Origin: an uncultured Nitrososphaerales archaeon | GTDB taxonomy: Archaea > Thermoproteota > Nitrososphaeria > Nitrososphaerales > Nitrososphaeraceae | Direction of reading: 5' to 3' | DNA: 64,000 nt | Assembly (NCBI GenBank): GCA_963709405.1 | Contig: CAVPXM010000054.1 | Coordinates: forward strand, 1 to 64,000 | Shown here: positions 45,494 to 56,849 of the stretch, in pieces | Layout: every line of letters begins with the position of its first letter | How positions within the stretch are numbered: the first letter of the stretch is position 1 | The notes under the pieces: model-generated | What the model was told of the DNA's origin: nothing | Databases searched by the model: none | What the model saw: only the letters and a program-made list of their open reading frames with translations | Translations under genes and position numbers: made by a program

Positions 45494-45958
45494 ATGATAG
45501 AATCATCTACAGAAAAAATATTTCCAAAAGATAATAACGTAAAGATAGAGCAAACAAGGAGCCAAAATGATGATAAGATGGTTCAAAAGTCACTTACAAA
45601 TGAAACTGGACTTACGATTATTCAATTATCCCGACAGATTAAGGATCTTGACAAGAAAAACACAAGAATAGAAGAACTACTTTCATCTATCAAGAAAGAC
45701 ATTAAGAATGTAGTACTGGCCATAAAGGACAGTCAACAACTCGCATCAGACGGAGCAACTAGAATGAAGGAATTTCACGATCAGATAGCTCAATTACAAA
45801 TGCAAACACAAAAAATTGAACAGGTTATTAATGACGACTCTGTGTCTAAAAAATCAAAGAAAGTTAAGAAAGATAAGAAAGATAAGAAGCAGAGTAATAA
45901 GGAAAAGGATAAGAAAAGCAAGAAGAAAGCAAAAAGTATGAAGAAAAAACAGAAGTAA
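45494..45958 (+). CDS. Coiled-coil protein with Lys-rich C-terminal tail
   Basis: Heptad-like middle region; tail SKKSKKVKKDKKDKKQSNKEKDKKSKKKAKSMKKKQK. Confidence 0.75.
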   Translation: MIESSTEKIFPKDNNVKIEQTRSQNDDKMVQKSLTNETGLTIIQLSRQIKDLDKKNTRIEELLSSIKKDIKNVVLAIKDSQQLASDGATRMKEFHDQIAQLQMQTQKIEQVINDDSVSKKSKKVKKDKKDKKQSNKEKDKKSKKKAKSMKKKQK

Positions 45959-46002
45959 TCGTCGTATATACACGAAAGAGATATGCGGAGTCGTAATTCT
46001 GA

Positions 46003-46641
46003 TTGGAATTATATTTATTAAGACACGGTGAGTCAGCAAAAATTGCTGGTTTGAGCCGCGGATCTAAAGTCAGTAATGGAAATTCAGGCCTTACAGAAAA
46101 TGGGAGAAAGGAAATTACCAGAATTGCAAAATCAATAAAGAGATTCAATACTACTTTTGATGTCATCCTAACAAGCCCTCTCAATTCTGCGATGCAAACT
46201 GCAAAGATAATTTCCAATACCTTCAAAATGAAAAATAAAATAGTGATTTGTGAAGAATTAGTTCCGGAAGGTAATAAACTAAAATTGTACAATAGGCTGC
46301 ACCAGTTTACATCAGAATCGTCAATATTCATGGTCGGTCATGAGCCGTATCTCACGAATATAATCGATGGAATCATTTCGCAGCACCGAAACAGAAGCAA
46401 TACAACGAGATCAGTAGCAAGTAGTACAAGAGTGAAAGGTATGACAAGAGTGGGAAGAGGTATCGTCCTAAAGAAAGGGGGATTGGCCAAAATAAGGATA
46501 ATTTCAACTGCTCCTGAATTAAGAGGAGAGTTAAGATGGTTACTTACACCAAGGATCCTCAAATCCCTGTATGGAGAGTTCACCACGGTCGAAAAAATCA
46601 GGCAGAAAAAGGAAAACTCGGCCATTGAAAAAGTTTTGTAA
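46003..46641 (+). CDS. sixA: SixA-type phosphohistidine phosphatase
   Basis: LRHG, LTENG, TSPL, QTA, VGHEP, LKKGG, LRWLLTP. Confidence 0.88.
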   Translation: MELYLLRHGESAKIAGLSRGSKVSNGNSGLTENGRKEITRIAKSIKRFNTTFDVILTSPLNSAMQTAKIISNTFKMKNKIVICEELVPEGNKLKLYNRLHQFTSESSIFMVGHEPYLTNIIDGIISQHRNRSNTTRSVASSTRVKGMTRVGRGIVLKKGGLAKIRIISTAPELRGELRWLLTPRILKSLYGEFTTVEKIRQKKENSAIEKVL

Positions 46642-46849
46642 AGATATTTGTAAACTGTACAAAGCCAAGAGGAATAAGGCATCGCCAAGTTATTACAATT
46701 TGGGATGTAAGCGTTGTGTGGAATGCGAGATATTTCTCAAATATGACGGCATGAAATGTCCTTGCTGCGATCATATCTTACGAGTCAAGCCACATAACAA
46801 CATATCAAAAGGAAAATTGCTTCAAACTGTTCACTACATATTAAATTGA
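46571..46849 (+). CDS. Small Cys-rich zinc-finger protein
   Basis: CKDIC, KRCVEC, CPCC; overlaps the sixA end; start uncertain. Confidence 0.7.
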   Translation: MESSPRSKKSGRKRKTRPLKKFCKDICKLYKAKRNKASPSYYNLGCKRCVECEIFLKYDGMKCPCCDHILRVKPHNNISKGKLLQTVHYILN

Positions 46850-47478
46850 TAAATAAATAAGCATCGACAGGTATGAATTGAATAACTATCCTGCCAATCG
46901 CTATAGTTATGTCATTTTTTCACTTGCTCACGACTAATACTATCCTAGCACATGTCTTGAAATAGTCTCGAAGATTGTTGAGGAAAACTGGAACGAGTCT
47001 AGGTAGTGCTTGATTATCCTAAAATAGACTAAGGCCCAGATGATGACATCAGCGTATCCCAAGATGAAAGCCGCTATAGGAAAAGGCAAAGACCTACGAT
47101 TGGAGCTCAGGTCAAACAAATCAAATGGCACTTATCGGGTTACTGATGAAAAGGTAAGGAAACTCCTAGAATATCGGCATTCAATAGAGGATATGAAGTT
47201 GATACTCGACCCTGTGAGTTATTTGTTTATCTTTGATGCTATTAGAGTTGGAAAGAAAATTACGTTGACCTGGCAGCGGCGACGAATATCAAAAACACTT
47301 CCATGCCTTTCAGATACAACTCATCGAGTACTTCCTTGAGAAATATTCTACACTATACTGGCATGAAAGATTTGCAGTATTATGACTTTAACGATGGAAG
47401 CTTCGCATCAATCTGCTATTTGTCTAGATATACTACCAGCCCACCTGATCTCAATCAATTATTGGAAGTACATTCTAT

Positions 47479-47931
47479 TCATTTCAAGTCTTGTAATAGT
47501 GGTTGTTCTATTAGAGTTCTTATTATGCATAACAATTCTTCCGTCTCGATCGGCTTTAATACAAAATGCCTCTCTCCAAATTTTGGATAAACTTCATTTT
47601 TATAAATTGCGTAATCACTTAAATCAGAAAGAGCGGTGAGAAAACACGTAGTCACTGTCGGATCGTTTCTTTTTATCTTTTTATATAAATCAAAGCCATT
47701 CATTCGTGGCATTCTTATATCAAGAATCAATAAATCGTATGATCCAGCAACATACCTGTCTAGTGCCAAAGTAGGATCTGTAAATGCCTCTACTTTAAAA
47801 CTGTTCTCTTCTAGAATAAATCTTAATGACTTAAGAGAATCTGGTTCATCATCTACGATAAATATTGAATAATTCTTTTCATATGTATTTCGCGGCACGT
47901 CAGGCTTGCAATACAAATAGATTCTGTGCAT
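47479..47931 (-). CDS. Stand-alone response-regulator receiver
   Basis: IVDDE, LILDIRMP, FLTA, KP; start probably later. Confidence 0.88.
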   Translation of the reverse strand: MHRIYLYCKPDVPRNTYEKNYSIFIVDDEPDSLKSLRFILEENSFKVEAFTDPTLALDRYVAGSYDLLILDIRMPRMNGFDLYKKIKRNDPTVTTCFLTALSDLSDYAIYKNEVYPKFGERHFVLKPIETEELLCIIRTLIEQPLLQDLK

Positions 47932-48385
47932 ATTAGATTAAAAATGACCTTTTATTTTTTGTCGAAGGGATCTAAATACTTGTATATGGTCATATAGATA
48001 GATCAATAATCATGATAACAATTTGGCTTTTAGATTAAGTGTTTGCCTCTCACTTTGTCAGGTTGTCTTGGTAACTGATTTAATTCCCTTAAATCGTCGA
48101 CCTTCGTCTGTATATCTGCATCTTACCTTTCTGACTGGATGGCTGATGAACATTTAAAAATATTAGATAAGGTTATGGAATATTTCTTTCCCTAAATCCT
48201 TTTTGTAACATTTGCTGTAGTAAAGTCTTGGGAAAATAGGGGATTTTTTAAAGATGAATTGTTCAAAATGTTTCATATAAAATGTATTGCCTCTTTAAAC
48301 ACAGTCAACAGTTACACGGAGTTGTCCATATTAAATGATCTAATTTTAGCAGTCCTTATTGTTTATTAGTCAATAATATGAAATA

Positions 48386-48688
48386 ATGGCTAAAGAGGTT
48401 CGATTAGAAATGAATTGTGATTACTGCGGTCACCTGCTATCTGATCACGCTGTTAGTTATTATGCATCAGGACTGGTAAGAGTAAAGTGTTTTTTAGATA
48501 GTTTTGTAGATGAAGACAGAGTAAGATATTATAAGTGTAAATGTGAAGACATTTTGATAGATGTGAATTGGTATGATGATGAAGAAGGCTGGGATTATCA
48601 ATCACCAGATGAGATAATCAGGACTAGTCCATTCAAAACTTTAACAAATAATACTATAGATATCAAAAACGATCATCATATAGTGTAG
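48386..48688 (+). CDS. Hypothetical protein with CxxCxH...H...CxC
   Basis: CDYCGHLLSDH, KCKCE. Confidence 0.55.
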   Translation: MAKEVRLEMNCDYCGHLLSDHAVSYYASGLVRVKCFLDSFVDEDRVRYYKCKCEDILIDVNWYDDEEGWDYQSPDEIIRTSPFKTLTNNTIDIKNDHHIV

Positions 48689-48769
48689 GAGATTCTATGA
48701 TGATTAATTCACCTTCTACACCCCGTTATTTATTATTTAATTATCATTGATAAATAACTACTTTCATTT

Positions 48770-48915
48770 TAGCAGAAAACAATAGTTATTGATGATTCAC
48801 CAGAAATTGTTTTTAAAGCCATTATTGATCCATACGAGCTAACAAATTGGTTTCCAGATCAAGCTATTTTAGAAGCAAAGGTTGGAGGGAAAGTAAGATT
48901 TATCACTCTTAAGAA
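48770..48915 (+). pseudogene. SRPBCC/AHSA1-domain fragment
   Basis: IVIDDSPEIVFKAIIDPYELTNWFPD...VGGKVRF. Confidence 0.6.
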
Positions 48916-49508
48916 TACTCCCAAAAAATCAGAGGATCAGCTACACCAATTAAGATAAGTGCTCTGACATATTCCCAGTTAGATAATTTCTCATATTCAG
49001 ATTGAAATGTTTAGTTCTAAAGTACTGTCCTAGCCTTATTCTAAATTCTGTAAATGATGGATAAAATGTTAATACTAACAGATCATTTTTAGATATATTC
49101 CACCATGAACTATATCTTCAAGTCAATTCAGCTTCACCATGAACTCTGGTGATGCTGTTGGAAGATAGATTGGTTTTAGAGTATCTCTTTGTTCTTCAAA
49201 GTACTTCCTTACTTTGCGGGATTTATGATGTTGAGGTGCCTTATCCGAGAATAAGTAACATTTTGGGAATTTATAATGTATCTGTTTTAGGAATTCATAG
49301 AACGTATCCTCATCAAACCTTTCAAATTGTCTGAATAGCTGCTTTCCTTCAAGATTAATAGCACCAAATATACAGAAATTCCTGTGTGAACCTGTTATTG
49401 TAACTACAGGTCTGGAATCTTTATAGATCCATACTTTTCTAACAAGGCTGTCAAAGAAGAATGATTCATCCAATGATGCTGCGGTAAAATCCTTAGGTAG
49501 ACAATCTA

Positions 49509-51783
49509 TACTGCCTAACATAATTTGATGCAACTGTTGATGGTCTTGGCCAATACAAATTTAGCTTGAGGGCATTGTGTACCTAATCTGTTGGCGACTG
49601 GAGCTTTGAGCAACGCCTATAGAAATGAAAAAGACGCTGACCTAAGGGATTGAATTCTACTAAGTCAAGTGTCATATTTAATGTCGTCATACCATATTCC
49701 AAATGTTTTGTTTAGGTATTCTGATACCGCAGTTTTTTGTTCTTCTATATTTTCATAGAATCTATTCCCACACACATCTGATTTTATCTGCTGGTTTACT
49801 TTCCTTTCATTTGGATTTAGGTATGGTGCTTTCTTTGGTAGGTGAATAATGGTCAGCCAGTCTTTTTCTTTCTGTGCATTGATATAATTCCGTACCATTA
49901 GGCTTACATGGTATGAAGCGTTATCCCATATGAGTATGAGTCTTTTCCACCAATCACTTTTCATAATGTTTCTCTTGAGATTCTCCAGATGGTCAATAGT
50001 ACCTCGTAGAATTCATTCTATCATAGAAATCATACGTCATTAATTTCTCTTCAGGCCATAGCATGGATATATATGCGGAGAACTTCCTTCTACTTCCATT
50101 ATGTTCTATTTTCAGCTGCTCGCCTTCAAAACTCATGGACTTGTGAATACAAGGTTTCTGTGTTATGGTAGTTTCATCTTCAAATGCCATTATAACTCTC
50201 TTTTTTTCAGAGCTGATGCTACTTGCTTGTAGTTATCCACTCTCTTTTTCCCTTGTTCATAATCCTCTCCATGTAATAGTTCCAATTTTGGTCTTTTGCA
50301 TCTAATTCCCATATCCTTAGTTATTCTTTGTAGATGTTTGAAACTGATTGGAATATCAAGCTCATCTGTAAGACACCTTGCCAGCGACCTTAGACTCCAT
50401 GTATTCCTTAGATAACCAAAGATATGTGGATCGTTAAACAATGCTGATAGAATAATCTCTTTGTTTTCGTCTGTTATGCTGGACTTCGATCCACCAGGTT
50501 TCTTCATCCTTACTCCATCATCAATCCCTTTCTTAATGTATGCAGCAATCCACCTTTGTACAGACCTGCTGCTGACTCCGTGTTCATTTGCTATATCTTC
50601 ATAAGATCTACCTTCAACTTTTTGGAGTATAGCCAGTAACCTGCGGTATTCCTTTTTGTTATTCGTATTCTTCATAAATGACTTTAACTTGTTCTTCTGT
50701 AGTATGGTAAGTATGAGTTTGGAACGATGATTCACAGAATGAAAATATGATTTGTCCCAAGCTATAATTATTTCGAAATCTACGTTATGTAATGAATGAA
50801 TAACGACATAAACTTAGACACTTCACTTAGTAAGGCTTGTTAGAGAAGATAAGAAAGAAGCATCCAGTGTAGCTGAAAAGGAATTCCATAGATCTAGATG
50901 GTGGGCTTACAAATGGCTCAAGAGATTTGATAATGCTGGTTTGGAAGGACTAAAGAATAAGCATAGAAGTGGTAGACCTCCAGAAGTGTCAGAAGAAAGA
51001 TCTACCAAGATAAGAAAAGAATTGTCAGAAAATCAATCAGGATGGATGGTCGCTAAAGAAGTCATGAATTTGATATATGAAAGAACAGGAGTCAAATATC
51101 ATGAAGTTCATATCTACAGACTATTACATTGATGGGGTTTCAGTCCTAAAGTACCAAGAATGAAATTTGTTAATGCTGCATCAAAGCAAGAGAAAAACGA
51201 GTTTCGAAAAAGGCAAGAAGGATAATCTCACGAATAATTCAAGGCTTTACCGTCACAGTTATGGACGAATCCATCTTCATACATGATTTCTTTGGTTCGA
51301 AGGAAGATGTGGACTGCAGATAGATAGAATAAGACCAATTGTAACTATTACTGGATCACACCAAAGGACCTGTGTATTTGGTGCTCTGTGTATAGACGGA
51401 AGACAGTTCTTTCGTCAGTATGAATCCTTTAACCAATACACCTTTCTGGATTATCTCATACAATTGCAAAGAAGGTTTGGAAAACTAATATTGTTCATAG
51501 ACAGAGCACGTCAACATCACCGGTCCATCATGGTAAGAGAATACATAGAGCAAAACAAAGACGTTCTAAAAGTAATATATTTTCCAAAAGGTTCGTCTGA
51601 ATTTAATGCTATAGAAGAATGCTGGAGACAGGGAAAATATGATCTCTTGGTATCGAAATACTATCCGAAATTTGCAAATTTCAGACATACTATAGCCAAC
51701 TACTATAGAACAAGACGGTTCAAACTAGACATAGTCAAATATCTATCGAGGAGTGTGAGTTAGCGAATTAATGTTACTGAGTC
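49509..51783 (+). mobile_element. IS630 element B (middle), degraded
   Basis: TA at 49507-49508 and 51784-51785; degenerate TIRs; SGRPP, MDES, DRA..H, FNAIEECW with stops and frameshifts. Confidence 0.8.
49663..50827 (-). mobile_element. IS630 element C (inner)
   Basis: ~27-bp TIRs agtcaagtgtc... / ...gacacttcact with TA TSD; A-run at the ORF1/ORF2 junction; FEDE, WDNA..H, PYLNPNE; extra frameshift near 49995. Confidence 0.9.
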
Positions 51784-52444
51784 TAGTATTTTCTGTGCTC
51801 TTTTTTAAACTGCTTTTTCTCCTTTTGTGGTACAGTATTAACGTGCACTTTCCTAGGTACCTTCTGTTTGAATCCCCACTTATGAAGCAATGTATAGATA
51901 TAGATTTGATGGTAGTATACATTTCCTTCTTTTACTATCATTTCATTTACCTGTTGTGTAGTCCAGCCCTGTTTTCCTTCCTTCAGTTTCTTCCTTACCT
52001 TAAGAGCAACTTCTTTAGGTAACTTTGAGGGCCTACCACTCTTAGGCCTATTCTCTAGTCCGTTAATACCTTCCTTACGATATCTTGCAAGCCAATCAGA
52101 AGTCCATGTTCTGCTTCTGTGCAGCTCCTTTGCAACACGAGCTGGAATCATTCCTTCACCTTCGACTTTGAGAACAAGTAATAGCCTCTCCTTTAGTCCC
52201 GCTCGTGATTCCTTCCTGTACCAAGTTTCTAATTCTCCTTTACTGAGAGTCAAGACTCATTCAGGAAAGCAGATCAATGAACAAAGCTATATCTCTTCCT
52301 GTACGAGGAATATGACAATTCCATCAATAATATGTAAGTATACTTATCTTAATTGGTCTAGGTCTAACTACACAAGCATAATGATACGTGGATACGTTAG
52401 TCAGAATTATCTGGTACTATTGAGATATAATTTCTCTATTTATA

Positions 52445-53368
52445 TCAACTGATATTCATAATATTGAGAAACAAATTGTCGTTGCTATCTGAAAGATCTA
52501 CTTTACAATATTCTGCAAACTGTTCAAACTTTTTCTGCCTATCTTCGTATAAATGTTCGATAACGCCATGAATGGAGCGATCCTTGTGATGATTTTTCAG
52601 ATATGCAATGGTTGTATCATAGTCATGAATCGTGCCGAGCATATCTTGGACTTTTTCTAATTCTTGTATCAATTGAGACACTTTATCTTCATCTTTATTT
52701 TTGCCGTTTTCACCAATTGGTAAAAGTTCTAACAGATAACGAAGCTTTTTACAATCCTTTCGCATTTCATGCAATTCTGATATCCTCTTAGGAGAACTAA
52801 GTACTATAGGATAATTCCTTTCTATTGTATTGGCCAATTTGCAAACAGCATTATTAAATCTTTTCTCTAGCTTCGTTTCTGATTTATTGGTCATGTTACC
52901 ATCAAGTTTAGGAAGGCTTAATTTTCTTAAATCCAAAGCTATGCTCTTCGCTTCGCTGAGCGTTCTATTTCTAAGAGTTTTTAGCGACTTGAATATGTTC
53001 GTACTTGTTTGTGAGGACTGTAGCTGTTGTCCTGGTTTTGGTAAATGCTCAACAGGTACATATTTGGATAACATGTCGAAAATAATGTCGTAATCTCTTA
53101 TCTTGCTATTTATGGAAAAAAGTTCCTTACCTTTCGCTACAAATTCTTTCATTTTCTTTCTATTTCGGATTGCCTTTGGAAGTGATTGATAGCTAGCTCG
53201 TAGTCTTCTGATCGAGGTCCTAATATCATGAATGTGTTCCTCATTAGGATCCTTGAGATATACATCTAACCTATTGTTTACTCGTTGGATATTTCTCTCT
53301 GACTTGTCTAGATATGTCTTGGGATCAATAGCATACAAAATATTATTAATGGAAATATATTTCGACAT
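52445..53368 (-). CDS. CHAD-domain (polyphosphate-binding) protein
   Basis: IHDIRTSIRRLR, RDYD, LHEMRKDCKKLRY, QDMLGTIHD. Confidence 0.92.
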   Translation of the reverse strand: MSKYISINNILYAIDPKTYLDKSERNIQRVNNRLDVYLKDPNEEHIHDIRTSIRRLRASYQSLPKAIRNRKKMKEFVAKGKELFSINSKIRDYDIIFDMLSKYVPVEHLPKPGQQLQSSQTSTNIFKSLKTLRNRTLSEAKSIALDLRKLSLPKLDGNMTNKSETKLEKRFNNAVCKLANTIERNYPIVLSSPKRISELHEMRKDCKKLRYLLELLPIGENGKNKDEDKVSQLIQELEKVQDMLGTIHDYDTTIAYLKNHHKDRSIHGVIEHLYEDRQKKFEQFAEYCKVDLSDSNDNLFLNIMNIS

Positions 53369-53463
53369 AATGTAATTTATACGCGCATTTACAATATTAA
53401 TACCGCTGCACTTATAACTGTTGTCCAGGGGCCCGTCAGGCGAAAGACCATGGTGTACCCACT

Positions 53464-53733
53464 ATGATAGAGCGAGATGGTGTTGTCACAGGCTACGCAG
53501 CAGGTATTGGTATACTTGGTCATGCAGTCGCAAGGTCAAACCAGGAGCTGAAGGCATTGATTGCTAATGCGTCTGCAATTCTTGGTCCGGGTTTCTTTGT
53601 GCCTGCCCGGTACTACGAAGTAATAAATTGGTGCCTTGAAAATAGCTTTCAAATTGGCTGGCCTGCAGATCTGATGACCATAGGTCCCTATCAAGAACCA
53701 CTGGCGTCTTTCCTTCCATCTTTGGCGTATTGA
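53464..53733 (+). pseudogene. C-terminal fragment of a GNAT-type protein
   Basis: ERDGVVTGY, GHAVA, LMTIGPYQEP...FLPS; N-terminus missing. Confidence 0.55.
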
Positions 53734-53924
53734 AATTGTTATTGATCGTTCAAGCATACAGCCATGTCTTACGTGTTAGTTTAATGAAGCAATGTATCGA
53801 TGCATCAAGAATGGCAGCCCTAACGGTATTATTAATATATGATAAATTATAAAAATGGTTATTATGATGAGGTAGACGACCAATAAATGAATGGTGTATG
53901 GTCACCAGCCATCATATTGTTTGA

Positions 53925-54980
53925 TTATGATGATGAAGACGAAGGCATATCCATAGACATCATCATATTGTCTGATGAAGACGAAGGCATATCCATAGAC
54001 ATTCGCATCATTTCATCATCATCCTCCTCATCGCCGCTATTCATTGAATCGGATGGCAATGATATCAAAGCAGTTGCAGACAGTATTCCGAGGGCAATAA
54101 AACCTATACCCGTAATTCTTGCGATCCAGAGACCCCCTCTGGTCCATACTTTCTCTGTAAAGATGATTGCCGCAAATAATCCCATCCAGAGCACATTCAT
54201 CCATCCGAGTGCTACCATAGGTAGAAAATAAGGCCAACAACAGCCAAGACAGTATAGACCGTGATACATTCCCATCTTCAATGCTCCTGCTCTGCCCTTT
54301 TGCCAGCGTCTCATAAAGAAGCTGAGAGGAGATTCGCAATATCCAAGACACTTAGTTTTTAATGAGCTGAATTGATATATGCCGGCCACGATCAGTACGA
54401 TTCCATAAATAGTATTAGTCGATAATAGCTGTTGTTGTTGACTATCATTTAGTCCTAACTGTAGAAACAGTGTATCAAAGAAAAAGGACCAGCCAGCCAG
54501 TAGAACTATCCCTGTCAAGGCCCAGATAGCAAGATATGCTGATACAAAGAGAATGATATCAGGTGATTTTGATTTTGATTGCAATATGTTCCTCAATCTA
54601 TGATTAATATTACTCTTGTCTCCACCTCCTTCTGCGAGATGTCCTATGCCATTGTTGGTAATACTATCATAGTTGAGATCGTTGCTGCTCCTGTGATATG
54701 CCATTTGACTATTACTATTACTATTACCTAGATTATTGTTGGGAGCATTATTCATGCTAATAAGTCGATTATAAACAAGGATCATCTGTACTATAGCGGG
54801 GAACATCATAGCAGCCATTCCTGCTGTCCAAATTACCACAAATATAGATAGTGCTGCTGGATTGTGATAAAATGTCATCATGGATGACATCATCGCGTCA
54901 TATTGCCATATCGACACTAACCATGTCAACAAAGAAATCGATATTACGATTGCAATGATTATGAGAGCTGAGGTGTTCAT
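53925..54980 (-). CDS. DUF2182 predicted metal-binding membrane protein
   Basis: MAAMMFP, AGIYQFS.LK..CL..C, YCLGCCW, EK; Met/Asp/Ser-rich tail. Confidence 0.88.
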   Translation of the reverse strand: MNTSALIIIAIVISISLLTWLVSIWQYDAMMSSMMTFYHNPAALSIFVVIWTAGMAAMMFPAIVQMILVYNRLISMNNAPNNNLGNSNSNSQMAYHRSSNDLNYDSITNNGIGHLAEGGGDKSNINHRLRNILQSKSKSPDIILFVSAYLAIWALTGIVLLAGWSFFFDTLFLQLGLNDSQQQQLLSTNTIYGIVLIVAGIYQFSSLKTKCLGYCESPLSFFMRRWQKGRAGALKMGMYHGLYCLGCCWPYFLPMVALGWMNVLWMGLFAAIIFTEKVWTRGGLWIARITGIGFIALGILSATALISLPSDSMNSGDEEDDDEMMRMSMDMPSSSSDNMMMSMDMPSSSSS

Positions 54981-55114
54981 ATCATCTTATTTTTTTCGAG
55001 CTAGAATTTAGTACCACTGTCTATTTATCTTTCTTCTGCATTACAGTCACATTTCACCATCTAAGTAGGACTTCAATTTACGGTAATTCTCAGTTAAGGA
55101 TTCTGTCAAATCCT

Positions 55115-55834
55115 TTAACTGTTGTATTCGTCATGGCGGCGGACCCAGAATTGAGGGAAATCGTGACCGGCCTCATCCCGGCCCTTGGGAACTAGATCAA
55201 GGTAGTGATATGCAACATTTAACATATCGATGCCACGAGCATAAGCTGAGTAGGTGTGAAACACGCGACCTCTGGGGTCCTTGAAAAATACGCTGACTCC
55301 TTCTCGCTCCGGGCTAGGGCTTGGCTTGTAGCGTGTATAGTTGTAGAATGCTTCATTCCTGGCTAACTGTTCCTGTGTGAAAGACACGTGGTAGTCAAAA
55401 TTGAAATCTGTATCGTAGGAAGAGACCCACTTGAAATCCCATCCCATCCTCTTTTGGTACTCCGCAAGCTTGCTGTAAGGTGTCCGAGAAACAGCAATCA
55501 TGGTCATATCTCTTTGGTTCAAGTGCACAATAATTCCATTGAAATTGTCCGCCCAAAAGGAACAATGCAAACATCCTGCTTCCCAGCTTGGATCAAACAT
55601 AAAGTGATAGACTAATAGTTGGCTTCTTCCGTCAAAAAGTTCTGACAGGGTTTGTTTCCCATTCTGTCCCTCGAAGACATACTCTTTATTAACGGCCACC
55701 CATGGCAGATCACGTCGTTGCTGGCTAAGTTGATCCTGCAAAGTTGTGAACTCCTTTTCCTTCTTGAGGAGTGCTTTGCGAGCCTCGATCCATTCCTCAT
55801 CTGAAACAGTCTTATGCATAGCCGTTCTATTCAT
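55115..55834 (-). CDS. DUF899 thioredoxin-like protein
   Basis: LLKKEKEFT, RRDLPWV, LFDGRSQL..YHFMF, CLHCS, HTYS, LDLVPKGR. Confidence 0.93.
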   Translation of the reverse strand: MNRTAMHKTVSDEEWIEARKALLKKEKEFTTLQDQLSQQRRDLPWVAVNKEYVFEGQNGKQTLSELFDGRSQLLVYHFMFDPSWEAGCLHCSFWADNFNGIIVHLNQRDMTMIAVSRTPYSKLAEYQKRMGWDFKWVSSYDTDFNFDYHVSFTQEQLARNEAFYNYTRYKPSPSPEREGVSVFFKDPRGRVFHTYSAYARGIDMLNVAYHYLDLVPKGRDEAGHDFPQFWVRRHDEYNS

Positions 55835-55927
55835 GAAACAATAAAAACCATTGCTCCCCTTGGGGAGGTTTATTTATAAGAAATGAAATAGTTATGTAAT
55901 CTGCCACCCAAACCAAGACGGAACAAG

Positions 55928-56215
55928 ATGGAGTTATATAATGACATTCTCAAAGCCATTATGGATGAAATAACAAATGACGATGATCGTGTGGCAAAAC
56001 CTACAAGAGTACAGCTTCGCAGTAATCTTGCATACGATAAACTTGCTAGATATCTTGATGAGCTAGAAAGCAAGAAAATGATATTACAAAGCCCACTTAT
56101 GATAACCGAAAAAGGGAGAGACTTTCTACAAGACTATGATAGAATATCTAATTTTATCCTTGAAATGGGTATAAAATATTTAGATATGTTACATGATGAA
56201 ATGAGAGGAGTTTAA
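55928..56215 (+). CDS. Winged-helix transcription regulator
   Basis: ELYNDILKAI, SNLAYDKLARYLDEL, ITEKGRDFL. Confidence 0.85.
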   Translation: MELYNDILKAIMDEITNDDDRVAKPTRVQLRSNLAYDKLARYLDELESKKMILQSPLMITEKGRDFLQDYDRISNFILEMGIKYLDMLHDEMRGV

Positions 56216-56222
56216 AAGAAAT

Positions 56223-56849
56223 ATGGATACTAAAAACAAGAACGATTTAAAAAATTATCGTCCAATGAAATTTGTTGATCAAATGGAAAGAAATAAACAC
56301 ATTCTTCTTTTGTACGACGATCAAAAATATGCATACTGGATAATAGGTAGATATTTTCACAACGGGTTTGCAAAAGGGGAATCATGTATTTTCTATACGG
56401 CTGACAGACCTGAAATAATTGAAAAACAGCTATCCGCTGGGGGAATTGACGTAAACTTATTCAAACAGAAAAACCTATTACGGATTTATGAAATAGAAAG
56501 TTCAGATGATAATAAGCACGATATGCTTCATACTCTTAATCAGATACGAGAAGAATCCAAAAAAAGCATGAAAGCCCCATACAGATTCGTTGGTGGAACA
56601 ATAACGGATGTAGAAACAAAAGATGGAATGAAATTCAGCATTTTACTAGAAAAAACTGGGCATCAGCATTTTGATGAATTTAATTATTCTCAAATATGTT
56701 ATTACGATATCTCTAAAATAGAGCCCACAAGAAAACATGAATGGATTAGTTCACTTTTGAGAAATCATCACTATGTTATTTATGCATCAGAACCAAATAA
56801 GGCAGTAGCATTTGAAACCGTGTTACTTGAACAAGACGATAATATGTAG
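56223..56849 (+). CDS. MEDS-domain sensory protein
   Basis: HILLLYDD, GFAKGESCIF, RFVG, ICYYD, HHYVI. Confidence 0.75.
   Translation: MDTKNKNDLKNYRPMKFVDQMERNKHILLLYDDQKYAYWIIGRYFHNGFAKGESCIFYTADRPEIIEKQLSAGGIDVNLFKQKNLLRIYEIESSDDNKHDMLHTLNQIREESKKSMKAPYRFVGGTITDVETKDGMKFSILLEKTGHQHFDEFNYSQICYYDISKIEPTRKHEWISSLLRNHHYVIYASEPNKAVAFETVLLEQDDNM

Larger units (their letters stand above)
48944..52358 (-). mobile_element. IS630 element A (outer), split by nested insertions
   Basis: TIRs caccaattaagataag / cttatcttaattggtc, each flanked by TA; HTH part 51783..52253 and DDE part 49123..49506 rejoin as KILDCLPKDF. Confidence 0.88.

Noticed and set aside
49663-50827. TnpB/IscB-like RNA-guided nuclease among the IS ORFs
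   Set aside because: All ORFs carry IS630 HTH or DDE motifs; no RuvC plus Zn-finger TnpB signature
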